Source: Longivirga aurantiaca
GTDB lineage: Bacteria > Actinomycetota > Actinomycetes > S36-B12 > CAIYMF01
NCBI RefSeq assembly: GCF_042660085.1
Contig: NZ_JBHSTI010000008.1
Location: 1,599,876 to 1,631,875, forward strand
DNA length: 32,000 nt
Reading direction: 5' to 3'
The position numbers and the translations under genes are program-made. Every line of letters starts with the position of its first letter. Position 1 is the first letter of the stretch. The notes below the pieces were generated by a model, which did not search any database, was not told where the DNA came from, and worked only from the letters and a program-made list of their open reading frames with translations. This document shows, piece after piece, positions 1 to 8,499 of this stretch.

Positions 1-280
1 GCTGGACGGTGAAGGCCTCGGTGACGCCGTTGATCGCGAGGACCACGGTCTTGCCCTGCGCCTCGGCCGACTGGACGACGAGGTCGAAGGGCGCCCGCAC
101 GATGTCGAGGATCTGGTCGTAGAAGATCCACGCCACGATCGACCCGGCGATGATGCCGAGGACTGCCCGGAACAGCCGGGCCTGGAACTCGCGCAGGTGC
201 TCGAAGAGGGTCATCGCCCCCTCGGGGTTGCGCGTGCGGCGACGCCGACGCCCGGTGCCGGAGCCCGCTTCCGGGCTCAC
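1..280 (-). CDS. tatC: Sec-independent protein translocase TatC, N-terminal part (gene runs off the window start)
   Basis: Minus-strand translation reads ...RRRRRARNPEGAMTLFEHLREFQARLFRAVLG... and ...AEAQGKTVVLAINGVTEAFTVQ, TatC-like, directly downstream of tatA. Start could be GTG at 280 or ATG at 214. Confidence 0.88.
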   Translation of the reverse strand, partial: MSPEAGSGTGRRRRRTRNPEGAMTLFEHLREFQARLFRAVLGIIAGSIVAWIFYDQILDIVRAPFDLVVQSAEAQGKTVVLAINGVTEAFTVQ

Positions 281-323
281 CTCACCTGCGACCACGACGT
301 CCTGCTCGGCCGGGCTGCGCGCG

Positions 324-668
324 TCAGGCGCGCGGGGCGCCGTCAGCCGGCGGGGTCACCGGCTGCGCGAGGATCTGCTCGCCCGTGACCGGGTCGACCA
401 GGTAGCGGGGCGCCTCGGGCTGGGCGGGAGCGGCCGGCACGGCGGGTGCGGCGGGTGCGGGCGGTGCGGCCTGGACGGCCGGCGCTGCCGGGGCGATGTC
501 GTCGTCGGCACCGGACTTGAAATCGTTCTTGAGGCCGTCGGTCTCGGCCTTGAAGATGCGCAGCGAGCGTCCGACGCCGCGCGCGAGGTCGGGCAGGCGC
601 TTGGCACCGAACAGCAGCAGGACGATCAGGAGGACGATCCAGAACGCCGGCTTCTCGAAGATCGCCAC
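324..668 (-). CDS. tatA: Sec-independent protein translocase TatA
   Basis: 114 aa ORF; N-terminal TM then [23 protein letters not shown], the TatA/B hallmark; Pro/Ala-rich tail. Confidence 0.95.
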   Translation of the reverse strand: MAIFEKPAFWIVLLIVLLLFGAKRLPDLARGVGRSLRIFKAETDGLKNDFKSGADDDIAPAAPAVQAAPPAPAAPAVPAAPAQPEAPRYLVDPVTGEQILAQPVTPPADGAPRA

Positions 669-811
669 GACACAGCCTCACTCGTTGCGGGGACGCACCG
701 GACGACCCGGTGCGGGCGGACCCACGATAACCCGAGCGCCCGCTCCGGGCCGAGCAGGCCTGGGGCGGGCGCAGGGAGTGTCCCGGGAGCTCTCACGCGG
801 AGAGCGGTGCC

Positions 812-1156
812 TCAGGAGGCGGTACGGGCGGTGAGCTCGGCCATGAGGTCGTCGGTGGTCTCGAGCCAGAGCGCCAGGTCGAGCAGGTCGTCGTACCCGA
901 TCGGGGCGCCGCCGTGGTGCTCGCGGGCCTCGGCCGGCACCGGCACGCGCTCGATCTCGACGCCGGCGGTCGACAGCAGCCGCACGACCTCGGCGTCCGC
1001 GGCCTTCTCGACGTCCTCGTGGCACTGGGGGCAGCCGAACGTGTAGGTGCGGCGGCTCAGGTCGTCCTCGATCGCCTCGACGACGCGGACGTGCACCTGG
1101 CGCGGGGTGAGGTCGACGTCACCGCACATCGGACAGGTCGCCTTGATGGTGGCCAT
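812..1156 (-). CDS. Small zinc-ribbon-like conserved protein of unknown function
   Basis: 114 aa ORF with two CxxC pairs (CPMCGD ... CPQCHED); GGAGG Shine-Dalgarno upstream of ATG; lies between pafC and tatA. Confidence 0.8.
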   Translation of the reverse strand: MATIKATCPMCGDVDLTPRQVHVRVVEAIEDDLSRRTYTFGCPQCHEDVEKAADAEVVRLLSTAGVEIERVPVPAEAREHHGGAPIGYDDLLDLALWLETTDDLMAELTARTAS

Positions 1157-1276
1157 CGGAGCCTCCTCCCGGTCTCTCAGCCCTCGGGTGTGGCTGACAG
1201 ATCTGGATTCGGCACGCTGACCGGGCAGGCTTGAGCCCGAACGGGGAGATTTCCGCGCGCGGCGGCTACGAACGGG

Positions 1277-2251
1277 TCACGCCCGGTAGGCGGCGAGCGC
1301 CTCCGCGGCCTCCGCGCGCACCCGCTCGACCACGTCCGGGCGGTCCACCACCTGCACGGAGGGCCCCGAACGGAGCAGCAGGCGCACGAGCCAGCGCTCG
1401 TCGGCCACGGGGAGCACGACCTGGAGCCGGCCGTCGGCGAGCTCCTGCACGGAGTCCACGGGGAACTCCTCGGCGATCCAGCGCACGCTGCGGTCGAGCA
1501 CGAGGGTGACCGATCCGCCCTGGGGGCGCAGCACGCCCGCGCCCAGGTCGAGGGGTACGGCGTCCGCGGGCACGTCGGCCGCGTCTCCGAGCACCTCCGC
1601 AGCCACGATCCGGTCGAGCCGGAACGTGCGCATGGCCTCCGCGCGGTGGCACCAGCCCTCGAGGTAGACCCGGCCGTCGAGCGCGACGATGCGCAGCGGG
1701 TCGACGTCGCGCTCGGTGCGGTCGTCGAGGGCCCCGACGTACGTGATGTGCAGGCGGCGGCCGTCCTCGAGCGCGGCCCGGACCGCGGCATCGACCTCGG
1801 GCGCGACCGTGGCGTCGACCTGGACGACGACGCCCTCGGCCGCGGCACTGGCCTCGCCCGCAGCGGCCTCGAGCTTGGCCTGGGCCGAGGCGATGGCGTC
1901 GCGGTCGTGCGGGCCGGGCACCGCGGCCAGGAGGCGCAGCGCCACGAGGAGCGAGGCCGCCTCGTCCGCGGAGAACCGCAGGGGGCGCCCGATGGTCTGC
2001 GGGTCGAGCACGGTGATGACGCCGTCCTCGTCCCAGAACTGGATGTCGACGAGCTCCTGGTGCTGGTGGCCCGGGCGGCCCGTGCAGATGAGCAGGTTGA
2101 GGTCCTCGACGAGCTGCTTCTCCGAGACGCCGAAGTGCTCGGCGGCCTCCGGGATCGTGACGCCCTCGTGCGCGGAGAGCCACGGGACGAGCGACAGCAG
2201 CCGCGAGAGCCGGCCGGCTGCGGTGCTGTCGGACTTCTTCTGCGCGCTCAT
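1277..2251 (-). CDS. pafC: WYL-domain transcriptional regulator PafC
   Basis: Translation MSAQKKSDSTAAGRLSRLLSLVPWLSAHEGVTIPEAAEHFG... with HTH and WYL-type region (GWCHRAEAMRTFRLDRI); ATGA overlap with the upstream WYL gene. The track's start at 2674 is over-extended. Confidence 0.92.
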   Translation of the reverse strand: MSAQKKSDSTAAGRLSRLLSLVPWLSAHEGVTIPEAAEHFGVSEKQLVEDLNLLICTGRPGHQHQELVDIQFWDEDGVITVLDPQTIGRPLRFSADEAASLLVALRLLAAVPGPHDRDAIASAQAKLEAAAGEASAAAEGVVVQVDATVAPEVDAAVRAALEDGRRLHITYVGALDDRTERDVDPLRIVALDGRVYLEGWCHRAEAMRTFRLDRIVAAEVLGDAADVPADAVPLDLGAGVLRPQGGSVTLVLDRSVRWIAEEFPVDSVQELADGRLQVVLPVADERWLVRLLLRSGPSVQVVDRPDVVERVRAEAAEALAAYRA

Positions 2252-3213
2252 GCAGGCACCTCCCCCGCCGAGAGGCGGAGCCGTCGGACCACCGCGTCGC
2301 GCAGCGACGGCGGCGCCTCGACCACGACGTCGGCGGCGAGACCGACCAGCTCGCGGGCGAGCACCTCGTCGTCGGAGAACGGGACGAGCAGGAGGTCGGT
2401 GGACTCCCCCGGCTCCACCGCCGTGGCGCGCCGGCGCAGACCGTGCGCCCTGTCGGCCCTCACGCGGATCTGGGCGACGAGGGAGCCGGGGGCCGGCGTC
2501 GCGGAGGCGACCAGCGCTGCCACGTCGACGCCGTCCGGCACCTCGTACGCGCCCGGAAGGCCTGTCTGGGTGACATCCCCGACCACGCGGGAGAGGCGGA
2601 ACACGCGGGGAGCCCCGCGGTCGACGTCGTGGCCCACGAGGTACCAGTGGCCGCGCCGGGACGTGACCCCCCACGGCTGGACGGTGCGCGTGGCGGCGGT
2701 GCTGTCCTCGGGGCGGCGGTAGTCGAAGGTGACCGACCGGCGCAGCCGGGACGCCTCGAGCAGGACGGGGAACGACGGCTCGGTGGTGCTCACGCGAGTC
2801 TCGATGCCGACCGGGCCCTGCACGATCGTGCCCCCGGCAGCCTCGAGCTTGCGCAGCGCGCTCTGGGCGGCCGGGCCGAGGCTGGCCTGCTCCCAGACCC
2901 GCGCGGCGAGGCCGACCACGGCGAGCTCGTCGGTGGAGAGCTCGATCTCGGGCAGCGCGTAGTCGGCGACGGCCACGCGGTAGCCCTCGATGCCGCCCGA
3001 GCCGTCGGAGCCCTCGACCGTGAGGATCGGCACCCCCATCGAGCGCAGCTCCTCCTTGTCGCGCTCGAACATCCGCTCGAACGCCTCGTCCGACGGGCTG
3101 TCCTTGTACGCCTCGACGGCGTCGCGCAGGAAGCTCTTGGGCACCGGGCGTGAGGACGCCATGAGCGCGAACAGCAGGTTGAGCAGGCGCTCGGTGCGGT
3201 CCTTCTGGCTCAC
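2248..3213 (-). CDS. pafB: WYL-domain transcriptional regulator PafB
   Basis: 321 aa; MSQKDRTERLLNLLFALMASSRPVPKSFLRDAVEAY... and GRRGHWYLVGHDVDRGAPRVFRLSRV (WYL domain); tandem with pafC. Confidence 0.93.
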   Translation of the reverse strand: MSQKDRTERLLNLLFALMASSRPVPKSFLRDAVEAYKDSPSDEAFERMFERDKEELRSMGVPILTVEGSDGSGGIEGYRVAVADYALPEIELSTDELAVVGLAARVWEQASLGPAAQSALRKLEAAGGTIVQGPVGIETRVSTTEPSFPVLLEASRLRRSVTFDYRRPEDSTAATRTVQPWGVTSRRGHWYLVGHDVDRGAPRVFRLSRVVGDVTQTGLPGAYEVPDGVDVAALVASATPAPGSLVAQIRVRADRAHGLRRRATAVEPGESTDLLLVPFSDDEVLARELVGLAADVVVEAPPSLRDAVVRRLRLSAGEVPA

Positions 3214-3239
3214 GGCTCCCCCACGGGCGTCGGACGGTC

Positions 3240-3272
3240 CGTACGGCGGCCGCTGAGCGCGGCCGCCGTACG
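3240..3272 (-). terminator. Hairpin terminator candidate downstream of the cytosolic FKBP gene
   Basis: Perfect 14-bp inverted repeat CGTACGGCGGCCGC / GCGGCCGCCGTACG with a 5-nt loop (TGAGC), between the FKBP stop (3284) and the pafB start (3213). No U-tract. Confidence 0.7.
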
Positions 3273-3283
3273 CGAGGACTGGC

Positions 3284-3643
3284 TCAGCTGACGCCGAGCA
3301 GGTCGATCACGAAGACGAGCGTCTTGCCGGACAGGCGGTGGCCGCCGCCCGCAGGGCCGTAGGCCAGGTGCGGCGGGCAGACGAGCTGGCGGCGTCCGCC
3401 GACCTTCATGCCGGGGATGCCCTCCTGCCAGCCCGCGATGAGTCGGTTCAGCGGGAAGTTGACCGACTGGCCGCGGCCCCAGCTGGAGTCGAACTCCTCG
3501 AGGGTGTCGAACTCGACGCCGAGGTAGTGCACGTCGACGGTCGCGCCGGGCATCGCCTCCGCGCCGTCGCCGACGACGATGTCGGTGATGACGAGCTCGG
3601 CCGGGGCCTCGTCGCCCACGAACTCGATCTCGGGCTTGTCCAT
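3284..3643 (-). CDS. FKBP-type peptidyl-prolyl cis-trans isomerase (cytosolic)
   Basis: 119 aa; VDVHYLGV...FDSSWGRGQSVNFPLNRLIAGWQEGIPGMKVGGRRQLVCPPHLAYG is the FKBP core; AAGGAG upstream. Confidence 0.95.
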   Translation of the reverse strand: MDKPEIEFVGDEAPAELVITDIVVGDGAEAMPGATVDVHYLGVEFDTLEEFDSSWGRGQSVNFPLNRLIAGWQEGIPGMKVGGRRQLVCPPHLAYGPAGGGHRLSGKTLVFVIDLLGVS

Positions 3644-3771
3644 GGGGTGCTCTCCTTGGTTGTCTCGGGAGGTCGAACCTACCGCGCCCGACAGGCCGCC
3701 GACCGGCGGCGGCGCGCCGTGCGCGGAGGCGTCGGGTGGCCGCCCCGGGCGCGGTCGGTGACGATGGTGAC

Positions 3772-4338
3772 GTGAGGACGTCGTGGCGGCTCGGGCCCGC
3801 CGCCGTCGCCATCGCGGCGGCCGCGGTGCTGGTGGGCTGCGCCTCGGCCCCCTCGCCCGGATCCGGGAGCACGCCCGGTGCGGTCGTCTCGTCGTCCCCT
3901 GCCGCCGAGCCCTCGCCCGGCACGTCGACGTCGGGCGCCGCCGCCCGCCAGATCAACGCAGCGGAGCTCGCCCGGTGCGCGGCCGTGCTCGAGGTGCCGA
4001 CAGTGCGGGGCCTGCTCGGCGGGACGCCGGAGGTGACCGGGGGCAAGGAGCGGGTGACCGGCGCGATCACCCAGACCCGGTGCACGTGGACGGCGGCCAG
4101 CGGCCGCTACCTGACCATCGTCTCCCTCGACGGCCCGGGCCTGCCCGAGCGGGCCAGGACGGTGGCCGCCGGCGCGAAGCCCGTGCCGGGACGCACCGAC
4201 GTGCTCTACGACGCCTCCAAGGGTCTGATCGTCACCGTCGACGACCGCCTGCACCAGGTGGTCGCGGGCGGTGCCGGCACCGCCCAGGCACGCATCATCG
4301 GCCTCAAGGCGATCGACGCCATCCGCTCGGGCGGCTGA
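3772..4338 (+). CDS. Putative secreted lipoprotein of unknown function
   Basis: From GTG at 3772: VRTSWRLGPAAVAIAAAAVLVGCASAPSPGSG..., a signal peptide with lipobox LVGC; opposite strand to its neighbours. Confidence 0.75.
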   Translation: MRTSWRLGPAAVAIAAAAVLVGCASAPSPGSGSTPGAVVSSSPAAEPSPGTSTSGAAARQINAAELARCAAVLEVPTVRGLLGGTPEVTGGKERVTGAITQTRCTWTAASGRYLTIVSLDGPGLPERARTVAAGAKPVPGRTDVLYDASKGLIVTVDDRLHQVVAGGAGTAQARIIGLKAIDAIRSGG

Positions 4339-4405
4339 CCCCACGTCGCCGCCGTTGCGGGCAGGTCGTTGTGCTCGCGCCGTGGCTGGTGCCGGCAGAC
4401 CAGGG

Positions 4406-4996
4406 CTACTTGGCGGGAGCGGTCTCGCCGGGGTTGATGAAGTTGACCATGTCGACGACGAAGACGAGCACCTCGTTCGGCTCGATGTCGGGGCTCGTCG
4501 GGTTGGCGCCGTACGCGAGCGCGCCGGGGATGATCAGGAGGCGGCGTCCCCCCAGCTTCATGCCCGGGATGCCCTGCGTCCATCCGAAGATGACCTCGTC
4601 GAGGCCAAACTCCGAGGGCTGTCCGCGGTCGAAGGACGAGTCGAACTGCTTCGTGGTCGAGGCCCCGACGCCGGCGTAGTCGGCCAGCACCCGGGCGTTC
4701 GCGAGGACCGGGTCGCCGGTGCCCTCGACCAGGTCGATGACCTGCAGCTGGGTGACGTCCTTGGTCTGGTCGCCGATCGTGATGACCGGCTTCACGCCGA
4801 AGCCGCCCTCGACCGTGACGCCGCAGGCGTCGTTGCCGATGCCCTCGGTGGTCGTCGTGGCCGTGCCGCAGTCACCGGCGGCGGCGGACGACGAGCCCGC
4901 GCCGGACCCGGCCTCGGACGTGCTGCCGCAGGCGGACAGCACCAGGGCGGCGGACAGGGCGAGGGTCGCGGGCGCGACGAGGCGGGAGCGCTTCAT
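4406..4996 (-). CDS. Lipoprotein FKBP-type peptidyl-prolyl cis-trans isomerase
   Basis: MKRSRLVAPATLALSAALVLSACGSTSEAG (lipobox LSAC) followed by FKBP core FDSSFDRGQPSEFGLDEVIFGWTQGIPGMKLGGRRLLIIPGALAYG. Confidence 0.93.
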   Translation of the reverse strand: MKRSRLVAPATLALSAALVLSACGSTSEAGSGAGSSSAAAGDCGTATTTTEGIGNDACGVTVEGGFGVKPVITIGDQTKDVTQLQVIDLVEGTGDPVLANARVLADYAGVGASTTKQFDSSFDRGQPSEFGLDEVIFGWTQGIPGMKLGGRRLLIIPGALAYGANPTSPDIEPNEVLVFVVDMVNFINPGETAPAK

Positions 4997-5004
4997 GGTC
5001 CCCG

Positions 5005-5010
5005 ACCCTA
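5005..5010 (-). promoter_or_regulatory. -10-like element (TAGGGT) for the lipoprotein FKBP gene
   Basis: Minus strand TAGGGT-CGGGGACC-ATG, 8-nt spacer. Confidence 0.45.
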
Positions 5011-5072
5011 ACCCGGCGCGACGGCCCTCCCGTGCACCGGACCCCCGGCTGAGGACCGGCACCCTGAGAGGC

Positions 5073-6443
5073 TCACATGCTGGCGATCAGCTTCTCGACC
5101 CGCTCGTCCACGGCCCGGAACGGGTCCTTGCACAGGACCGTCCGCTGGGCCTGGTCGTTGAGCTTCAGGTGCACCCAGTCGACCGTGAAGTCCCGACGAC
5201 GTTCCTGCGCCCTCTTGATGAACTCGCCGCGCAGCTTGGCCCGCGTGGTCTGCGGCGGGAGGGTCTTGGCCTCGAAGATCGGCAGGTCGCTGCTCACCCG
5301 CGCGACCGCCCCGCGCTTCTCCAGCAGGTAGTACAGGCCTCGGGTGCGCGTGATGTCGTGGTAGGCCAGATCCATCTGCGCGATGCGAGGGCTCGAGAGC
5401 GGCAGGTCGTGCTTTGCCATGTAGCGCTCGAGCAGCCGCAGCTTGATGACCCAGTCGATCTCGCGCTCGACGAGGCCGAGGTCACCGGTCTCGACCGCAC
5501 GGACCGAGCGGGTCCACAGGTCGAGGACCCTCGAGTGGATGCTCGTGGGGTCGGCGGTCAGACCGCGGCGCTCGGCGAAGTCGCGGGCGCGGTCGAGGTA
5601 CTCGGTCTGGATCTGCAGGGCCGACAGCTCGCGGCCGTTGGCAAGCCGGACGGTCTTGCGTCCGGTCGGGTCGTGGCTGATCTCGCGGATCGCGCGGATC
5701 GGGTTCTCGAGCGTCATGTCGCGCAGCACCGAGCCGTGCTCGAGCATGCGCAGCACGAGGTCGGTGCTGCCCACCTTGAGCATCGTCGTCGTCTCGCTCA
5801 TGTTCGAGTCGCCGACGATCACGTGCAGGCGGCGGTAGCGCTCGGCGTCCGCGTGCGGCTCGTCCCGGGTGTTGATGATCGGGCGCGAGCGCGTCGTGGC
5901 GCTCGAGACGCCCTCCCAGATGTGCTCGGCCCGCTGGCTCACGCAGTAGACCGCGCCCCGAGGCGTCTGCAGCACCTTGCCCGCACCGCAGACGATCTGG
6001 CGCGAGACGAGGAACGGGATCAGGGTGTCCGCGAGGGCCGCGAACTCGCCGTGCCGGCCGACGAGGTAGTTCTCGTGGCAGCCGTAGGAGTTGCCGGCGG
6101 AGTCGGTGTTGTTCTTGAAGAGGTAGACGTCGCCCGCGATGCCCTCCTCCTGGAGGCGCTTCTCGGCGTCGACCAGCAGCCCCTCCAGGATGCGCTCGCC
6201 GGCCTTGTCATGGGTGACCAGCTCGGTGATCTGGTCGCACTCCGGCGTCGCGTACTCCGGGTGGCTGCCGACGTCGAGGTAGAGGCGCGCGCCGTTGCGC
6301 AGGAAGACGTTGCTCGACCGGCCCCACGACACGACGCGGCGGAACAGGTAGCGGGCGACCTCGTCCGGGGAGAGGCGCCGCTGCCCCCGGAAGGTGCAGG
6401 TGACGCCGTACTCCGTCTCGATCCCGAAGATCCGCCGGTCCAC
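5073..6443 (-). CDS. pafA: Pup--protein ligase PafA
   Basis: 456 aa; [38 protein letters not shown]...[26 protein letters not shown]...[19 protein letters not shown], glutamine-synthetase-like Pup ligase family. Confidence 0.98.
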   Translation of the reverse strand: MDRRIFGIETEYGVTCTFRGQRRLSPDEVARYLFRRVVSWGRSSNVFLRNGARLYLDVGSHPEYATPECDQITELVTHDKAGERILEGLLVDAEKRLQEEGIAGDVYLFKNNTDSAGNSYGCHENYLVGRHGEFAALADTLIPFLVSRQIVCGAGKVLQTPRGAVYCVSQRAEHIWEGVSSATTRSRPIINTRDEPHADAERYRRLHVIVGDSNMSETTTMLKVGSTDLVLRMLEHGSVLRDMTLENPIRAIREISHDPTGRKTVRLANGRELSALQIQTEYLDRARDFAERRGLTADPTSIHSRVLDLWTRSVRAVETGDLGLVEREIDWVIKLRLLERYMAKHDLPLSSPRIAQMDLAYHDITRTRGLYYLLEKRGAVARVSSDLPIFEAKTLPPQTTRAKLRGEFIKRAQERRRDFTVDWVHLKLNDQAQRTVLCKDPFRAVDERVEKLIASM

Positions 6444-6449
6444 GTGGCC

Positions 6450-6455
6450 ACCCTA
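6450..6455 (-). promoter_or_regulatory. -10-like element of a probable leaderless pafA promoter
   Basis: Minus strand TAGGGT-GGCCAC-GTG(GACCGG): 6-nt spacer puts the expected transcription start at the start codon. Confidence 0.6.
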
Positions 6456-6479
6456 GGCACGGGTACGCCGGTCGCGCAG

Positions 6480-6497
6480 GACGGCGCGCACGCCGTC
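6480..6497 (-). terminator. Weak hairpin candidate downstream of prcA
   Basis: GACGGCG / CGCCGTC 7-bp perfect stem with 4-nt loop, starting 14 nt past the prcA stop and upstream of the pafA -10. Confidence 0.35.
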
Positions 6498-6511
6498 GGG
6501 CACGAGTGTGG

Positions 6512-7258
6512 TCAGGCCGGGTCGCCGGCGGCGTCGTCGCTGTCGTCGTCCACGCCGAGGAGGTCGGCGAGACGCGGGCCGTTGATGCGGCGGAACTTCC
6601 GCCGGGGGCGCGCGCGGTCGAGGATCGCGACCTCGAGCTGGGCCGGCGTGAGCACGCGGGACTCCCCCGGTGTGCCGTTCCCGTTGACGGGCGCCGAGCC
6701 GAGCAGCTCGACCGCGAGCCGCAGGGCGTCCTCGAGCGACAGCCCCTCGTTCCAGCGCTCGCGCAGCGCGGCGGTGATCTGCTCGGCCGACCCGCCCATC
6801 GCCACGAAGCCGTGCTCGTCCCCGACCGACCCGTCGAACGTGAGCCGGTAGAGCTGGTCGTCGTGCACCGTCTCGCCGATCTCCGCGACGACGATCTCGA
6901 CCTCGTACGGCTTCTGGGTCTCGGTGAAGATCGTGCCCAGCGTCTGGGCGTACGCGTTGGCGAGGCTGCGGCCGGTGACGTCGCGCCGGTCGTACGAGTA
7001 GCCGCGCAGGTCGGCGAGGCGTACGCCGGCCACCCGCAGGTTCTCGAACTCGTTGTACTTGCCCACGGCGGCGAACGCGATGCGGTCGTAGATCTCGGAG
7101 ATCTTGTGCAGCGCGCGCGAGCGGTTCTCGGCGACGAACAGCAGGCCGTCGGCGTACTGCAGCACGATGACGCTGCGGCCGCGGGCGATGCCCTTGCGCG
7201 CGTAGTCGGCCTTGTCCTTGATGACCTGCTCGGGCGAGACGTAGAACGGGACGCTCAT
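6512..7258 (-). CDS. prcA: Proteasome subunit alpha
   Basis: [83 protein letters not shown], bacterial 20S alpha subunit. Confidence 0.98.
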   Translation of the reverse strand: MSVPFYVSPEQVIKDKADYARKGIARGRSVIVLQYADGLLFVAENRSRALHKISEIYDRIAFAAVGKYNEFENLRVAGVRLADLRGYSYDRRDVTGRSLANAYAQTLGTIFTETQKPYEVEIVVAEIGETVHDDQLYRLTFDGSVGDEHGFVAMGGSAEQITAALRERWNEGLSLEDALRLAVELLGSAPVNGNGTPGESRVLTPAQLEVAILDRARPRRKFRRINGPRLADLLGVDDDSDDAAGDPA

Positions 7259-7262
7259 CGGG

Positions 7263-8123
7263 TCACTCCCCTCCCGCGGTCAGCGGCGCGTTCGGGCCGT
7301 CGGGCCGGGTCTGCCGGGCGGCGACGACCGAGCGCACGAGCGGGTCGAGCTCGGCCTCGGGCAGCCGCCGGTAGCCGTCGACGTCGACCACCGCGACGAC
7401 CGGCAGGATGCCGCGGGCGAGGTCGGGGCCGCCGGTGGCGGAGTCGTCGTCGGCCGCGTCGTAGAGGCTCTCGACGACCGCGCGGACGGCGTCGTCGGGC
7501 GAGAGGTCCTCGCGCCAGAGCTTCTTGAGCGCACCACGCGCGAAGAGCGAGCCGGAGCCGACGCTGTGGTGGCGGTGCTCCTCGTAGCGGCCGCCCGTGA
7601 CGTCGTAGCTGAAGATGCGGCCGCCGCCGGTCTCGGTGTCGAAACCGGCGAACATCGGCACGACCGCGAGGCCCTGCATCGCCATGCCGAGGTTGCCGCG
7701 GATGAGCGTGGCGAGGCGGTTGGCCTTGCCGTCCATCGACAGCTGCGCGCCCTCGATCTTCTCGTAGTGCTCGAGCTCGACCTGGAAGAGCTTCACCATC
7801 TCGACGGCAAGACCGGCCGTGCCGGCGATGCCCACGCAGCTCGACTCGTCGGCGGGGAAGACCTTCTCGATGTCCTTCTGGGCGATGATGTTGCCCATCG
7901 TGGCGCGGCGGTCGCCGGCCATCACGACGCCGCCCGCGAAGGTCGCGGCGACGATCGTGGTGCCGTGCACCGACTCGGTGACCAGCCCGGCGGGCAGCGA
8001 GCGCCCGCCCGGCAGCAGCGACGGGTCGTGGGTGGCCAGGAACTCCGCGAACGACGACGAGCCCGTCGCGGTGAACGCGGACGACAGGGTGCCCCCGAAG
8101 CGGCCCTGCTGCGCTGAGGTCAC
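7263..8123 (-). CDS. prcB: Proteasome subunit beta
   Basis: From GTG at 8123: [40 protein letters not shown]...VTESVHG|[24 protein letters not shown]; propeptide followed by catalytic Thr (TTIVA). The track's start at 8396 is over-extended. Confidence 0.97.
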   Translation of the reverse strand: MTSAQQGRFGGTLSSAFTATGSSSFAEFLATHDPSLLPGGRSLPAGLVTESVHGTTIVAATFAGGVVMAGDRRATMGNIIAQKDIEKVFPADESSCVGIAGTAGLAVEMVKLFQVELEHYEKIEGAQLSMDGKANRLATLIRGNLGMAMQGLAVVPMFAGFDTETGGGRIFSYDVTGGRYEEHRHHSVGSGSLFARGALKKLWREDLSPDDAVRAVVESLYDAADDDSATGGPDLARGILPVVAVVDVDGYRRLPEAELDPLVRSVVAARQTRPDGPNAPLTAGGE

Positions 8124-8335
8124 TGTCCGCCCTTCTGGACGAAGCCGCGGACGAACTCCTCGGCGTTGGTCTCGAGCGCCTCGTCGATGTCCTCGAGGAT
8201 CGCGTCGATGTCGGCGTCGAGCGCCTCCTTGCGCTCGGCGAGGTCGCTCGTCGCCGCAGCGGTCTCCTCGACCTGGTCGACGTCGGCGTCCGTACGGCTC
8301 TTCTGCGCGTGCTCGCCGGTGTCCCGGGTGGGCAT
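8120..8335 (-). CDS. pup: Prokaryotic ubiquitin-like protein Pup (Gln-terminated form)
   Basis: 71 aa, [71 protein letters not shown]; C-terminal GGQ; stop overlaps prcB start (GTGA); GGAGG at 8345..8341. Confidence 0.97.
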   Translation of the reverse strand: MPTRDTGEHAQKSRTDADVDQVEETAAATSDLAERKEALDADIDAILEDIDEALETNAEEFVRGFVQKGGQ

Positions 8336-8385
8336 GGTCGCCTCCACGAGGTGTGTCCCGACGTCCGCCGCCGGGGCTGGTCTCG

Positions 8386-8393
8386 ACCCTATA
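8386..8393 (-). promoter_or_regulatory. -10-like element (TATAGGGT) of a probable pup-prcB-prcA promoter
   Basis: Minus-strand TATAGGGT 50 nt upstream of the pup ATG, in an otherwise very GC-rich spacer, downstream of a hairpin that follows dop. No clear -35. Confidence 0.55.
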
Positions 8394-8440
8394 CACGCCG
8401 CCGCCCGCACGCCCTCCGGTACCACCCGCGCCGTCACCCT

Positions 8441-8483
8441 GATCAATCCGTCGTTACCGGGCCCGGGAAGCGACTGATTGACC
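8441..8483 (-). terminator. Long imperfect hairpin in the dop-pup spacer
   Basis: GATCAATCCGTCGTTACCGGG / CCCGGGAAGCGACTGATTGACC: arms pair at about 18 of 21 positions with one bulged base; starts 17 nt past the dop stop. Confidence 0.6.
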
Positions 8484-8499
8484 ACTGCGAGCGAGGGGG

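Noticed and set aside
5034-5064. Possible hairpin GTGCACCGG...CCGGCAC after pafA
   Set aside because: Only about 7 pairs with a 2-nt bulge and a long loop; too weak to call a terminator.
4719-6851. 710-aa plus-strand ORF antisense to pafA
   Set aside because: High-GC antisense artefact; composition and lack of motifs argue against coding.
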